64,000 bases of DNA from an uncultured Candidatus Saccharibacteria bacterium. Lineage in GTDB: Bacteria > Patescibacteriota > Minisyncoccia > Phycocordibacterales > UBA9988. The notes under the pieces were generated by a model that was not told the origin of the DNA, did not search any database, and saw only the letters and a list, made by a program, of their open reading frames with translations. The number at the start of each line of letters is the position of its first letter. The stretch's first letter is position 1. The stretch spans positions 2,627 through 66,626 of the forward strand of contig CAYNXC010000001.1 in assembly GCA_964401135.1 (NCBI GenBank). The letters run 5' to 3'. Below, in pieces: positions 7,862 through 16,516 of this stretch. The position numbers were made by a program, and so were the translations under genes.

Positions 7862-8846
7862 TTGGTTTCCCTGCCGCAAAAGCAGTTATGTTCTCACAGG
7901 TGGTAGTGAGAATGCGCTCTATTGCCTCGCGTGAGTTGTAGGCATTGTGCGGAGTGACTATCACTCGTGGATGGTCAATAAAGTACTGATTTGCAATCAC
8001 ATGTTTCAAATCTTCCAGGCGAGGTGCCTCACTCCCTAAAAGGGCGCTCTCGTTGTCCATAAAGCCTTCCCCTTCTAAGACATCCAGCCCAGCGCCAGCA
8101 ATGGTGCCGTCCTCAAGCGCGGCAACAAGTGCCTCACTCTCTACCAGACCACCGCGGGCAGTATTGATTAGGATACTCCCCTGCTTCATTTTTTTGATGG
8201 TCTCACGATTGATCATATGGTGTGTATGCTCGTTGTATGGAGCGTGCAATGAGACAATGTCTGACTGTGCCAAGAGCTCATCAAAAGGGAGGTAGGTAAA
8301 TCCAAGTCTCCCTGCAAGTCCAGCATCCTCCTTCACATCAAAGGCGAGTACATTCATATCAAAGCCGCGTGCCATTTCTATTGCGTGGATGCCAATATGC
8401 CCCGTCCCTACAATGCCAATTGTCTTTCCCTTCAAATCAAAGCCGCGCAATTCCCTCTGTGAGAAGGACCCTGTGTTACGCACTTGATCGTAGGCATCAT
8501 AGGTTTTGCGTGAGAGTGAGAGGAGGAGAGCAAAGGCATACTCGGCTACCGTATTCTCCCCGTAGGTGGGTACATAGGAGACGGCGATTCCCTTCTCCTT
8601 TGCATACGCGGTATCTACATGATCAAAGCCAGTTGAGCGCGTCGCAATCAGTTTGAGCACTGGGAAGCAGGCGAGGACTTCTGCCGTCGTCGCAGAATCC
8701 ACAAACACCGAGAGCACCTCTGAGTCGGCTGATGCTTCTGTTGCTTTCTGCACTGTCCCCTTAATGAAAATGAGTTCTTGCCCTACCAAACGCGGCGCGA
8801 CAAATTCGCGCTCCCATTCCTCATTATAGCAATACGTGATTTTCAT
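7845..8846 (-). CDS. D-isomer-specific 2-hydroxyacid dehydrogenase (glycerate/hydroxypyruvate or D-lactate dehydrogenase family)
   Basis: NAD-binding GIVGTGHIGIHAIEMARGFDMNV, with R/E/H catalytic triad context. Confidence 0.8.
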   Translation of the reverse strand: MKITYCYNEEWEREFVAPRLVGQELIFIKGTVQKATEASADSEVLSVFVDSATTAEVLACFPVLKLIATRSTGFDHVDTAYAKEKGIAVSYVPTYGENTVAEYAFALLLSLSRKTYDAYDQVRNTGSFSQRELRGFDLKGKTIGIVGTGHIGIHAIEMARGFDMNVLAFDVKEDAGLAGRLGFTYLPFDELLAQSDIVSLHAPYNEHTHHMINRETIKKMKQGSILINTARGGLVESEALVAALEDGTIAGAGLDVLEGEGFMDNESALLGSEAPRLEDLKHVIANQYFIDHPRVIVTPHNAYNSREAIERILTTTCENITAFAAGKPINLIP

Positions 8847-8855
8847 TTCCCAATT

Positions 8856-11264
8856 CTACTGTCCCCCCTCCTCTTTCGCAACCTCAAAGGTCATAGGGAC
8901 AATGGAGTCTGGATTGAGTGAGACTGCCTCTATATGTTGTGAGATAAGGAAGCGCAAGAAGTCCGGGTAGTCGGATGGCGCCTGCCCACAAAAACCGATA
9001 TACTTACCACGGCGTTGGCACGCGGCAATGGCTTCGGCGATAAGTTTGCGTACTGATGGATCATTCTCGTTTGAGATGCCTGCAACAATTGCAGAGTCAC
9101 GGTCAAGCCCTAGGGTTAATTGCGCAAGGTCGTTAGACCCAATAGAAAATCCATCGAAGAGATCCAGAAATTCATCCGCACGCAACACATTGGTAGGAAT
9201 CTCGCACATCACATAGACTTTGAGACCATCCTCTCCCTTGGCAAGTCCGGACTCGCGCATAATGTCCAAGACCCGTGCACCCTCCTCTGGAGTACGGCAG
9301 AAGGGTATCATCGCGTGAACATTTTTTAGTCCATATTCATTACGAACTTTCTTCATCGCGTGGCACTCCAGCGCAAATGCTGGCGCAAACTGAGGGTTAC
9401 CGTAGCGTGAGGCACCGCGCCATCCAATCATAGGGTTCTCCTCCTCTGGCTCATAAGCAGAACCACCTATGAGCGCCGCGTACTCGTTTGTCTTAAAATC
9501 TGAAAAGCGCACGATCACCTGATTAGGCCAAAAGGCGGATCCGATTTCACCAATGCCTTGCGCAAGTTTATCTACATAGAATGTGGCTTTATCTTCGTAA
9601 CCAGCGGTAAGCACTTCAATCTTCTTCTTAAGCGGCTTTGATTTTAGTGACGAGAAGTTGAGGAGTGCGAGTGGGTGGATGCGGATGTGTGAAGCAATAA
9701 TAAATTCTTCTCGCGCAAGTCCTACCCCTTTATTTGGTAAAAATGAGTAGACAAAAGCACTTTCTGGACTCCCCACATTGAGGCAGAGCTTCGTCTTTAC
9801 TTCAGGGATGTCGGCCACATCGTAGGTGTGCTCCTCCCACTTCAAGACTCCCTTGTACACTCGGCCCACGCTCCCACTACTGGTATCTACAGTGATCACA
9901 TCCCCCGTCTTAATTTTACTTGTTGCATTCCCGCTCCCAATCACCGCTGGGATACCAAGCTCGCGTGAGACAATGGCTGCGTGCGAGGTTCGTCCGCCTT
10001 TCTCAGTAATGATTGCACTCGCAATTTTCATAATCGGCTCCCAGTCAGGGTCAGTAATCTCGGTAATCAAAATTTCTCCTTGTTGAAATTGGTAGAGCTT
10101 TGCAGTACTCGTGATCACTCGCGCCCTCCCAGATACAATTTTAGTCCCCACTGAGATACCTTCTACAATAGCTGTCTCGTCGGTGTTGAGTGTGTAGTCG
10201 GTACGGGTGAGATTCTTTTTTTCTGACTGTACAGTTTCTGGTCGCGCTTGCACAATAAAGAGCTCCCCGGTGATACCGTCCTTTGCCCACTCCATATCCA
10301 TGGGGCTAGCGTGCCCGGCACGCTCACTGTAGTGCTTCTCGATTTGCATGCCCCAGCGTGAAAGAGTGAGAATCTCGTTGTCATCCAACACAAAACGATT
10401 ACGATCCTTGAGATCAACTTTTACCTCTTTGACTGGCTTCTTACCTTTTTGCGCGTAAATCATCTTCACCGTCTTTGAGCCGAGATTTTTTCTGATGATA
10501 GGGCGAAAGCCTTGATCAAAGGTTGGCTTGAAGACGATATACTCATCTGGCGTCACCTTACCCTGCACCACCATCTCTCCCAAGCCCCATGACGCGTTAA
10601 TCTCTATCACATCACGAAATCCGCTTTCAGTATCTAAAGTAAACATCACCCCCGAGGAGCCCTTGTCTGAGCGGACCATCTTTTGCACCCCTACCGAGAG
10701 TGCAATAGTAAGGTGATCAAAGCCTTTATCCACACGATAGGAGATGGCGCGGTCAGTAAAGAGAGAGCCCATCGCATCACGGATGGCACGGAGTACATTC
10801 TCCTCTCCAACCACATTTAAGTAGGTCTCATGTTCTCCAGCAAAACTTGCCCCAGGGAGATCTTCTGCGGTTGCGGATGAGCGCACAGCCGTATCTGCCT
10901 CATCCATATGATAGGCATTAGAGAGATCGCGATAAGCCGTGCGGATCTCAGCATTTAAGTCATCGGGAAATTCTTCCTTATCAAAGGCTTCACGAATTTT
11001 TTTACCGCGCGCTTGTAGATCTCTAATATTTTTAGTGTCCAATCCATCCAAGGTCTCACGGATCATCGCGGCAAGCGGTGTATTATTTACAAACTCACGG
11101 TAGGCATGCGCAGTAATTATAAAACCATTAGGAATGCGGATACCCTGGGGGGTCAGTCGCTGATACATCTCACCAAGCGAGGCATTTTTGCCGCCCACAG
11201 ATGCAACATCGTCATTATCCACCTGATCAAACCAGAGAATGTTCCGTGATTCTTTTTTGTTCAT
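8856..11264 (-). CDS. ppsA: Phosphoenolpyruvate synthase (pyruvate, water dikinase)
   Basis: 802 aa, three PEP-utilising domains. N-terminal VGGKNASLGEM. His-domain GGRTSHAAIVSRELGIPAV. Confidence 0.85.
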   Translation of the reverse strand: MNKKESRNILWFDQVDNDDVASVGGKNASLGEMYQRLTPQGIRIPNGFIITAHAYREFVNNTPLAAMIRETLDGLDTKNIRDLQARGKKIREAFDKEEFPDDLNAEIRTAYRDLSNAYHMDEADTAVRSSATAEDLPGASFAGEHETYLNVVGEENVLRAIRDAMGSLFTDRAISYRVDKGFDHLTIALSVGVQKMVRSDKGSSGVMFTLDTESGFRDVIEINASWGLGEMVVQGKVTPDEYIVFKPTFDQGFRPIIRKNLGSKTVKMIYAQKGKKPVKEVKVDLKDRNRFVLDDNEILTLSRWGMQIEKHYSERAGHASPMDMEWAKDGITGELFIVQARPETVQSEKKNLTRTDYTLNTDETAIVEGISVGTKIVSGRARVITSTAKLYQFQQGEILITEITDPDWEPIMKIASAIITEKGGRTSHAAIVSRELGIPAVIGSGNATSKIKTGDVITVDTSSGSVGRVYKGVLKWEEHTYDVADIPEVKTKLCLNVGSPESAFVYSFLPNKGVGLAREEFIIASHIRIHPLALLNFSSLKSKPLKKKIEVLTAGYEDKATFYVDKLAQGIGEIGSAFWPNQVIVRFSDFKTNEYAALIGGSAYEPEEENPMIGWRGASRYGNPQFAPAFALECHAMKKVRNEYGLKNVHAMIPFCRTPEEGARVLDIMRESGLAKGEDGLKVYVMCEIPTNVLRADEFLDLFDGFSIGSNDLAQLTLGLDRDSAIVAGISNENDPSVRKLIAEAIAACQRRGKYIGFCGQAPSDYPDFLRFLISQHIEAVSLNPDSIVPMTFEVAKEEGGQ

Positions 11265-11272
11265 AAAATTTT

Positions 11273-12538
11273 TTATACCTTGAGCACAATAAACAAATCT
11301 GAAACATTACTTCCTGTGCGTCCCGTCATCAGTGCCGCGCCAAGCGTGGTGAAGAAAGTATATGATGTATTGTCTCGCAGATGTGTGCGCACATCAAGCT
11401 GCTTATCCACTGCGAGCGTGTAAAAAAGTTTATCGCCAATCGCGCCAGCGATGTCAGTGTTGTCCCATCCATCACTTGCAGCAGAGATGATGACTGTATG
11501 TTCATCTAAGAACGGGAGGGCACCGAGCACTACTTCCTGATTTCTCCCTCCGTGACCAGCAGAGTTTGCAACATGCACTGTTGTCTCACCGCCGGCAATC
11601 ACACACGAGCGGTAAGGAAGTGCGAGCGTGGCAAGCTTTTTCCCCACTTCTCGTGCTTCACCCTCTAAGGTCTCGGAGAGAATTTTTGTATGATAGCCGC
11701 GCGACTCTGCTGTCTCCTGCATAGCGACAAGGGCATCGTGATTGGTGAGGATGAGAGTATTGTGCACTTTCTCAAAATACTTTGATTCTTTTGGGGTTTC
11801 AGAAAGACGCATTACTGTAGCAATACCGTACTTGGTGAGTATAGCCTGCGCGTCTTGCACGGTCGTCTTGTCTTGCACGGTCGGGCCGGAGGAAATCACG
11901 GAGACATCGTTCCCTGGCACATCAGAAAAGATGAGTGATACGAGTTGTGCTGGATAGGCAAGGCGTGCGAGATGTCCTCCTTGAATCTCGGAGAGATGCT
12001 TACGCACAGTGTTGAGCTCATGAATACTAGCCCCCTTATACATCAGCATCTTAGTAATCTCAGCCAATCGCTCACAAGAGATATCAAAAGGAAGACAGAG
12101 AAGAGAGGATCCGCCTCCAGAGATAAGGATGATCACCAGATCACGATCACTGATACCACGAAGGAGCTTCACAATCTCACGCGTAACAGAAACATTGGTC
12201 TCGCTTGGATACGGATGTGTACCAGCGTAGGAGCGCATCTTTTTAAGCTGTCCCGCACGCACATCCAAGACAATACCATCAGTAATAAGGTCTCCAAATA
12301 TTTCCTCTAGGGCCTGCGCCCCATCTAAGGCACACTTCCCAATCGCAATGACAAACACTCGATCATAGTCGGTACTGTTGAAGGAGCGCCCGCCAAAACA
12401 GAGCGTGCCTCCAGTATGGGTAACCTTCTTTTTAAGGATAGTGCGCGTATCAATAGAGACTAATCCTGCTTCTAAAATAGTGAGAGCATCTCTGCGCGCT
12501 TGTGTAGTAGCGAGTTCAAAAAAATTTCGTATGTGCAC
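11273..12538 (-). CDS. Glycerate kinase (MOFRL/GckA family)
   Basis: 421 aa with DUF4147/MOFRL-type pattern (GGGSSLL, GTDGxDGP-like SDGWDNTD). Confidence 0.75.
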   Translation of the reverse strand: MHIRNFFELATTQARRDALTILEAGLVSIDTRTILKKKVTHTGGTLCFGGRSFNSTDYDRVFVIAIGKCALDGAQALEEIFGDLITDGIVLDVRAGQLKKMRSYAGTHPYPSETNVSVTREIVKLLRGISDRDLVIILISGGGSSLLCLPFDISCERLAEITKMLMYKGASIHELNTVRKHLSEIQGGHLARLAYPAQLVSLIFSDVPGNDVSVISSGPTVQDKTTVQDAQAILTKYGIATVMRLSETPKESKYFEKVHNTLILTNHDALVAMQETAESRGYHTKILSETLEGEAREVGKKLATLALPYRSCVIAGGETTVHVANSAGHGGRNQEVVLGALPFLDEHTVIISAASDGWDNTDIAGAIGDKLFYTLAVDKQLDVRTHLRDNTSYTFFTTLGAALMTGRTGSNVSDLFIVLKV

Positions 12539-12596
12539 CTCTTCATTTTACCATATGTAAATTTTTTGTTACATTCTTTTTAGAAAGGAGGTAGAG

Positions 12597-12803
12597 ATGT
12601 CCGCCATAAACGGAGCACATAAAAGAGCCTGCGAGTGTATTTCCGAATCAGAGATGAGAAGAATTATAACGAGAAAAGCGAGCTTAGAGGAACAAGGGGT
12701 ATTAATGGATGAGATCAACACATGCGTCTTCTGCAAACGGAAATACATTCAACAAGAAGAAGCGCTGCGACCAAAAAAACTCTGTAGGCAAATTGGCTCC
12801 TGA
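12597..12803 (+). CDS. Small Cys/His protein (68 aa) with zf-HC2-like anti-sigma-factor pattern; paralog of 13221..13391
   Basis: GAHKRACEC...LEEQGVLMDEINTCVFCKRKY; AGGAGG RBS. Gapless alignment to the second ORF is about 45% identical, with conserved H, C and C-x2-C-KRK. Confidence 0.45.
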   Translation: MSAINGAHKRACECISESEMRRIITRKASLEEQGVLMDEINTCVFCKRKYIQQEEALRPKKLCRQIGS

Positions 12804-12809
12804 TCCCCC

Positions 12810-12856
12810 GCCCCGTCCTTATCCACACAGTGGACGGACGGGGCTTTTTCTTTTTA
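12810..12856 (+). terminator. Rho-independent terminator
   Basis: gccccgtcc...ggacggggc + tttttcttttt. Confidence 0.55.
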
Positions 12857-12932
12857 TTGACTTTATTTCTAATATATGCTATACTAAAAAACAGTATAAC
12901 GGTTCTTTACCAATCAGTGCGAGGAGGATAAG

Positions 12933-13214
12933 ATGCTTGATTTTCTTTATGATTTGCTTCGGTATTTCGGGATAATAAAGGATCCTTACATGGATGCAAT
13001 TGAACAAGAAGTTAGGACCTGTCTTTCGGGAACATCTGAAGCGCTGAGAACTATGAACAGGAGGTCAGAAGAGAATCGAAGAAGAGAAGACCTTGAAAGA
13101 AGGGTGGCCAACCAAAAGAGGGCTCTTGAACTTATGGAAGAGGAGGTTGAAAATCAAAAAAGATTGCAAAGGTTGCAAGAGGAATTACGCAATCTACAGG
13201 CAAAAAGGAGGTGA
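12933..13214 (+). CDS. Hypothetical coiled-coil protein (93 aa, R/E-rich heptads)
   Basis: ORF lying between the two zf paralogs. RREDLERRVANQKRALELMEEEVENQKRLQRLQEELRNLQAKRR. The next gene's RBS follows immediately. Confidence 0.35.
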   Translation: MLDFLYDLLRYFGIIKDPYMDAIEQEVRTCLSGTSEALRTMNRRSEENRRREDLERRVANQKRALELMEEEVENQKRLQRLQEELRNLQAKRR

Positions 13215-13220
13215 GGAGAG

Positions 13221-13391
13221 ATGCCGGGAGCACATGCGGATGAGAAGGATTGCGTTACTGATGAAGAATTGATTCAGTACCTCACTGGAAAGTTGAGTGA
13301 TGAGGAGGTGAAGACCCTCATGCAAAGAATCAATTCTTGCGTCTACTGCAAGCGCAAACTTACACTCTCAGCATTCACAGATTCTCGTTAA
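13221..13391 (+). CDS. Small Cys/His protein (56 aa), zf-HC2-like; paralog of 12597..12803
   Basis: Own translation MPGAHADEKDCVTDEELIQYLTGKLSDEEVKTLMQRINSCVYCKRKLTLSAFTDSR. RBS aaaggaggtgaggagagATG. Under 60 aa, so not in the ORF track. Confidence 0.45.
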   Translation: MPGAHADEKDCVTDEELIQYLTGKLSDEEVKTLMQRINSCVYCKRKLTLSAFTDSR

Positions 13392-13396
13392 TCCCC

Positions 13397-13437
13397 CACC
13401 CCATCCGCCACGGCGGATGGGGGTTTTTCTTTTTTTA
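13397..13437 (+). terminator. Rho-independent terminator, overlaps the rpoD stop on the other strand
   Basis: ccccatccgcc-acg-gcggatgggg + gtttttcttttttt. Confidence 0.5.
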
Positions 13438-14742
13438 GTACCCCAGTAAGCGCTTTACTTTATCGTGCTGGCGGATTTTTTCGTGTGCTTTTGCCTCAAT
13501 TTGTCGGATGCGCTCGCGCGTCACGCCAAACTCCTTTCCTACTTCCTCCAAGGTATACATCACCCCGTCCTTCAAGCCATGGCGCATTTCCAAAATTTGT
13601 CGCTCTTTTGGTGTGAGGTCAGAGAGAATCTCTTTGATTTGATCAGAGAGGATGCGCCGTGAGGACTCTTGGTCCGGCGAGAGAATTTTCTCGTCAGCAA
13701 TAAATTCTCCCAGAGTGGACTTCTCCTCACTGGAGTCCCCTGTCGGCTTATCTAAGGAGGCGGTAGACTGGTTAATTTTTTCTATGATGTGGATCTTTTC
13801 TACTTCCACCCCCATTTCGGTTGCAATCTCCGCCGGCAGGGGCTCGCGCCCCAGATCCTGCGAGAGTCGTCGCACCACCTGCTTATACTTGGCGATGGTC
13901 TCCACCATGTGCACGGGGATGCGGATGGTACGCGACTGATCTGCCAGCGCACGAGTGATGGCTTGCCTAATCCACCATGTCGCATAGGTTGAGAATTTGA
14001 AGCCCTTGGTCCAATCAAATTTCTCTACTGCTTTGAAGAGTCCTAAGTTCCCTTCCTGAATCAGGTCAAGCAGTGTGAGATCGGTACTCCTCCCAATATA
14101 TTTTTTTGCAATAGAAACAACGAGGCGCAAGTTTGCGCGCGCTAAAATATTTTTTGCTTCTTCATCATCTGCTAAGATACGGCGTGCCAAATCTTTTTCC
14201 TCGGATGCAGAAATAAGTTTGTATTTGCCAATCTCCTTCAGGTACATCTGTACCGAGTCAACCGCCGAGTCAGCATAACGCGAGTGACGAGTCTCTTTCC
14301 CTACAGAGAGGATCTCCTCCTCGGGTTCTGTCTTCAATAAGTCTCCCTCCTCAAGCACATCAATCCCCTCTTCTTCAAAGCGCTGGTACAGTGTATCTAA
14401 GAAATCAATATCGCGCTCAATGTTGGGGAAGTCTTTGAGGAGTTCACTGTAAGTCACAAAGCCGCGCTGTCGCACACGGATAACAAGAGCATCAGAGCGC
14501 TTCTCCAATTCGGCTCGTGAGAGCACAGGGCGCGGTGCTTCTGTTGCTGGTACTGGCTTTTTTCCTACTGGGAGCGCCTTCTTTTTAGCAAGAGTTTTTT
14601 TTACAAAGACTTTCCCCTTTGTAATTGGCTTCTTCTTTTTTGCCAGGTGAGCAAGCACTTTTTTTGCCACCACCTTCTTCTTTTCCGCACCAGGCAGCTT
14701 CTTCTCCTTTGAAAGACGGGTCGATTGCTTCTTCTTAGCCAT
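13435..14742 (-). CDS. rpoD: RNA polymerase sigma-70 factor with lysine-rich N-terminal tail
   Basis: Regions 2-4 are conserved ([50 protein letters not shown]). The N-terminal 65 aa are K/A-rich. Confidence 0.9.
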   Translation of the reverse strand: MAKKKQSTRLSKEKKLPGAEKKKVVAKKVLAHLAKKKKPITKGKVFVKKTLAKKKALPVGKKPVPATEAPRPVLSRAELEKRSDALVIRVRQRGFVTYSELLKDFPNIERDIDFLDTLYQRFEEEGIDVLEEGDLLKTEPEEEILSVGKETRHSRYADSAVDSVQMYLKEIGKYKLISASEEKDLARRILADDEEAKNILARANLRLVVSIAKKYIGRSTDLTLLDLIQEGNLGLFKAVEKFDWTKGFKFSTYATWWIRQAITRALADQSRTIRIPVHMVETIAKYKQVVRRLSQDLGREPLPAEIATEMGVEVEKIHIIEKINQSTASLDKPTGDSSEEKSTLGEFIADEKILSPDQESSRRILSDQIKEILSDLTPKERQILEMRHGLKDGVMYTLEEVGKEFGVTRERIRQIEAKAHEKIRQHDKVKRLLGY

Positions 14743-16498
14743 GATGTGTTTTATGTAGATCGTTTAACTGCTGAGTAATTCGTTGACATTCTTTGAGAGC
14801 CTCATGCACCGCGCCCTCGTTACTTTCTGTCTCCGCGCGCTTAAGCGCATCCATCGCTTCTCTAAAAGCTTCTTTGAGCGCGTACTCTTTCAATGAGTGA
14901 ACGAGCGTCTCGACCTCGCTCGCCAGATCTTCCACATGTCCATACATCTGTTCAGCTTCAAACATGAGCTCTTGCTTCCGCTCCTCTGTAAGAGTCTCTG
15001 AGAGTTCAGTGAATAATTCTTTTGTAAATGTGTCGGTAGGGAGTGGATTCCCCTTCCACTCCCGCCAGAGAAGGATCCCCCGCAGACGATCTAAGGCGAC
15101 CATATGCGCAGTCTTCACCTCTCGTTCTGGGAGGAATGAGTTAGTCTGAGTACTACTCGTCACCATCCCCACTTTGGAAAGCTCGCGCCAGAGCGGCTCC
15201 TCACTAATTGAGAGGGAATTCGCAATCTTACTTATAAAATGCGCGCGGTCAATCTCACTCCCCAAGCGGGCAAGGAGTGGTATTACCTGATGCTGTACCG
15301 CCTTACCACGCAGACGAGTATCTGGCACGGTCCGTGCAAGCACAGTCAGGTAGAAATCTATCACATGGAGTGTTCCCTGCAAAGCATCATGCCAATGTGA
15401 GGGGAGCTCTCGTACGAGGTCGGCGGGATCCTTCCCTTCCGGAAGAGCTGCTACCGAGACATCAAAGCCAGACTCAAGCGCAGTGTAGATACTCCGCTCT
15501 GCTGCGGCGATACCTGCTGCGTCGGCGTCAAAAGCCATGATGATTTTGTCAGTCAACCTCCTCAATATAGTGAGGTGCCCGGGAGTGAGAGCGGTGCCCG
15601 AGACCGCAACTGTGTTACGCACCTGTGCCTGATGCGAGAGCACCACATCCATTTGGCCCTCCACGAGAATAACAAGATTCTCACGACGGATTGAGTCCTT
15701 GGCCTGTGAGTAACCAAAGAGTGCTTTTGATTTATCATAGAGTGCAGTCTGTGGTGTGTTGATATATTTTGCCTGCCCCGACTGGTCAAGGCGAGCTCCT
15801 TTTTCTATATTATTCTCTGCTCCTGGCAAAACTCTGCCCGAGAATCCAATGACCGAGCCTTCAGTGTTGGTAATGGGGAACATCACCCGTCCACGAAAGC
15901 GATCGTAGTACCCAGCGCCAAGCGAGACCGAACTCTCATTCCTGCGTATGATGAGCCCACTCTCCTCAATACGAGCAGGAGTAAATCCCTTCCCTTTCAG
16001 ATAATCATAGAGTGTATGCCACTCGCGCGGTGCGTACCCAATGCGAAAACGGCGGACCGAATCTTCAGTAATGCCACGGTTCTTGAGGTACTCTTTTGGC
16101 TCGGGAGTTGTGAGGAGGAGACGCTGATAAAGAAGTGTAGCTTCTTCCAAAAGTTTGAGTAGTTCGCGTTTTACCGATCGTTCTTCCCTGTTGATTGAAG
16201 TGAGAGTGATCCCTGCTCGCTCGGCAAGAGCCTCCAGCGCGGAGCGGAAGTCATAACCCTCTATCTCTTGCAAAAAACTAAATATGTCTCCCCCGCGATG
16301 GCAACCAAAGCAGTGGTAGGTCCCTCGCTCGGAAGATATATAGAAGGAGGCAGTCTTTTCTGCGTGGAAGGGGCAACGCGCACGCAAAGCCTTTCCCGCT
16401 CGTTCGAGCTTTACATATTCTCCCACCACATCTGTAATGGAGATCCGTTCTTTTATCTGCTCAACAGGAGTCTGCATAGCAATTATTCCAAAGCGCAT
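14735..16498 (-). CDS. dnaG: DNA primase
   Basis: [25 protein letters not shown] zinc finger; TOPRIM EGQMDVV; 8-nt overlap with rpoD. Confidence 0.9.
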   Translation of the reverse strand: MRFGIIAMQTPVEQIKERISITDVVGEYVKLERAGKALRARCPFHAEKTASFYISSERGTYHCFGCHRGGDIFSFLQEIEGYDFRSALEALAERAGITLTSINREERSVKRELLKLLEEATLLYQRLLLTTPEPKEYLKNRGITEDSVRRFRIGYAPREWHTLYDYLKGKGFTPARIEESGLIIRRNESSVSLGAGYYDRFRGRVMFPITNTEGSVIGFSGRVLPGAENNIEKGARLDQSGQAKYINTPQTALYDKSKALFGYSQAKDSIRRENLVILVEGQMDVVLSHQAQVRNTVAVSGTALTPGHLTILRRLTDKIIMAFDADAAGIAAAERSIYTALESGFDVSVAALPEGKDPADLVRELPSHWHDALQGTLHVIDFYLTVLARTVPDTRLRGKAVQHQVIPLLARLGSEIDRAHFISKIANSLSISEEPLWRELSKVGMVTSSTQTNSFLPEREVKTAHMVALDRLRGILLWREWKGNPLPTDTFTKELFTELSETLTEERKQELMFEAEQMYGHVEDLASEVETLVHSLKEYALKEAFREAMDALKRAETESNEGAVHEALKECQRITQQLNDLHKTHHG

Positions 16499-16516
16499 CA
16501 GCGCCTGGTACTTAAG

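Noticed and set aside
12709-12975. 88-aa ORF overlapping the first zf gene and its terminator
   Set aside because: It runs through an intrinsic terminator hairpin and lacks an RBS. The in-frame zf ORF with AGGAGG is preferred.
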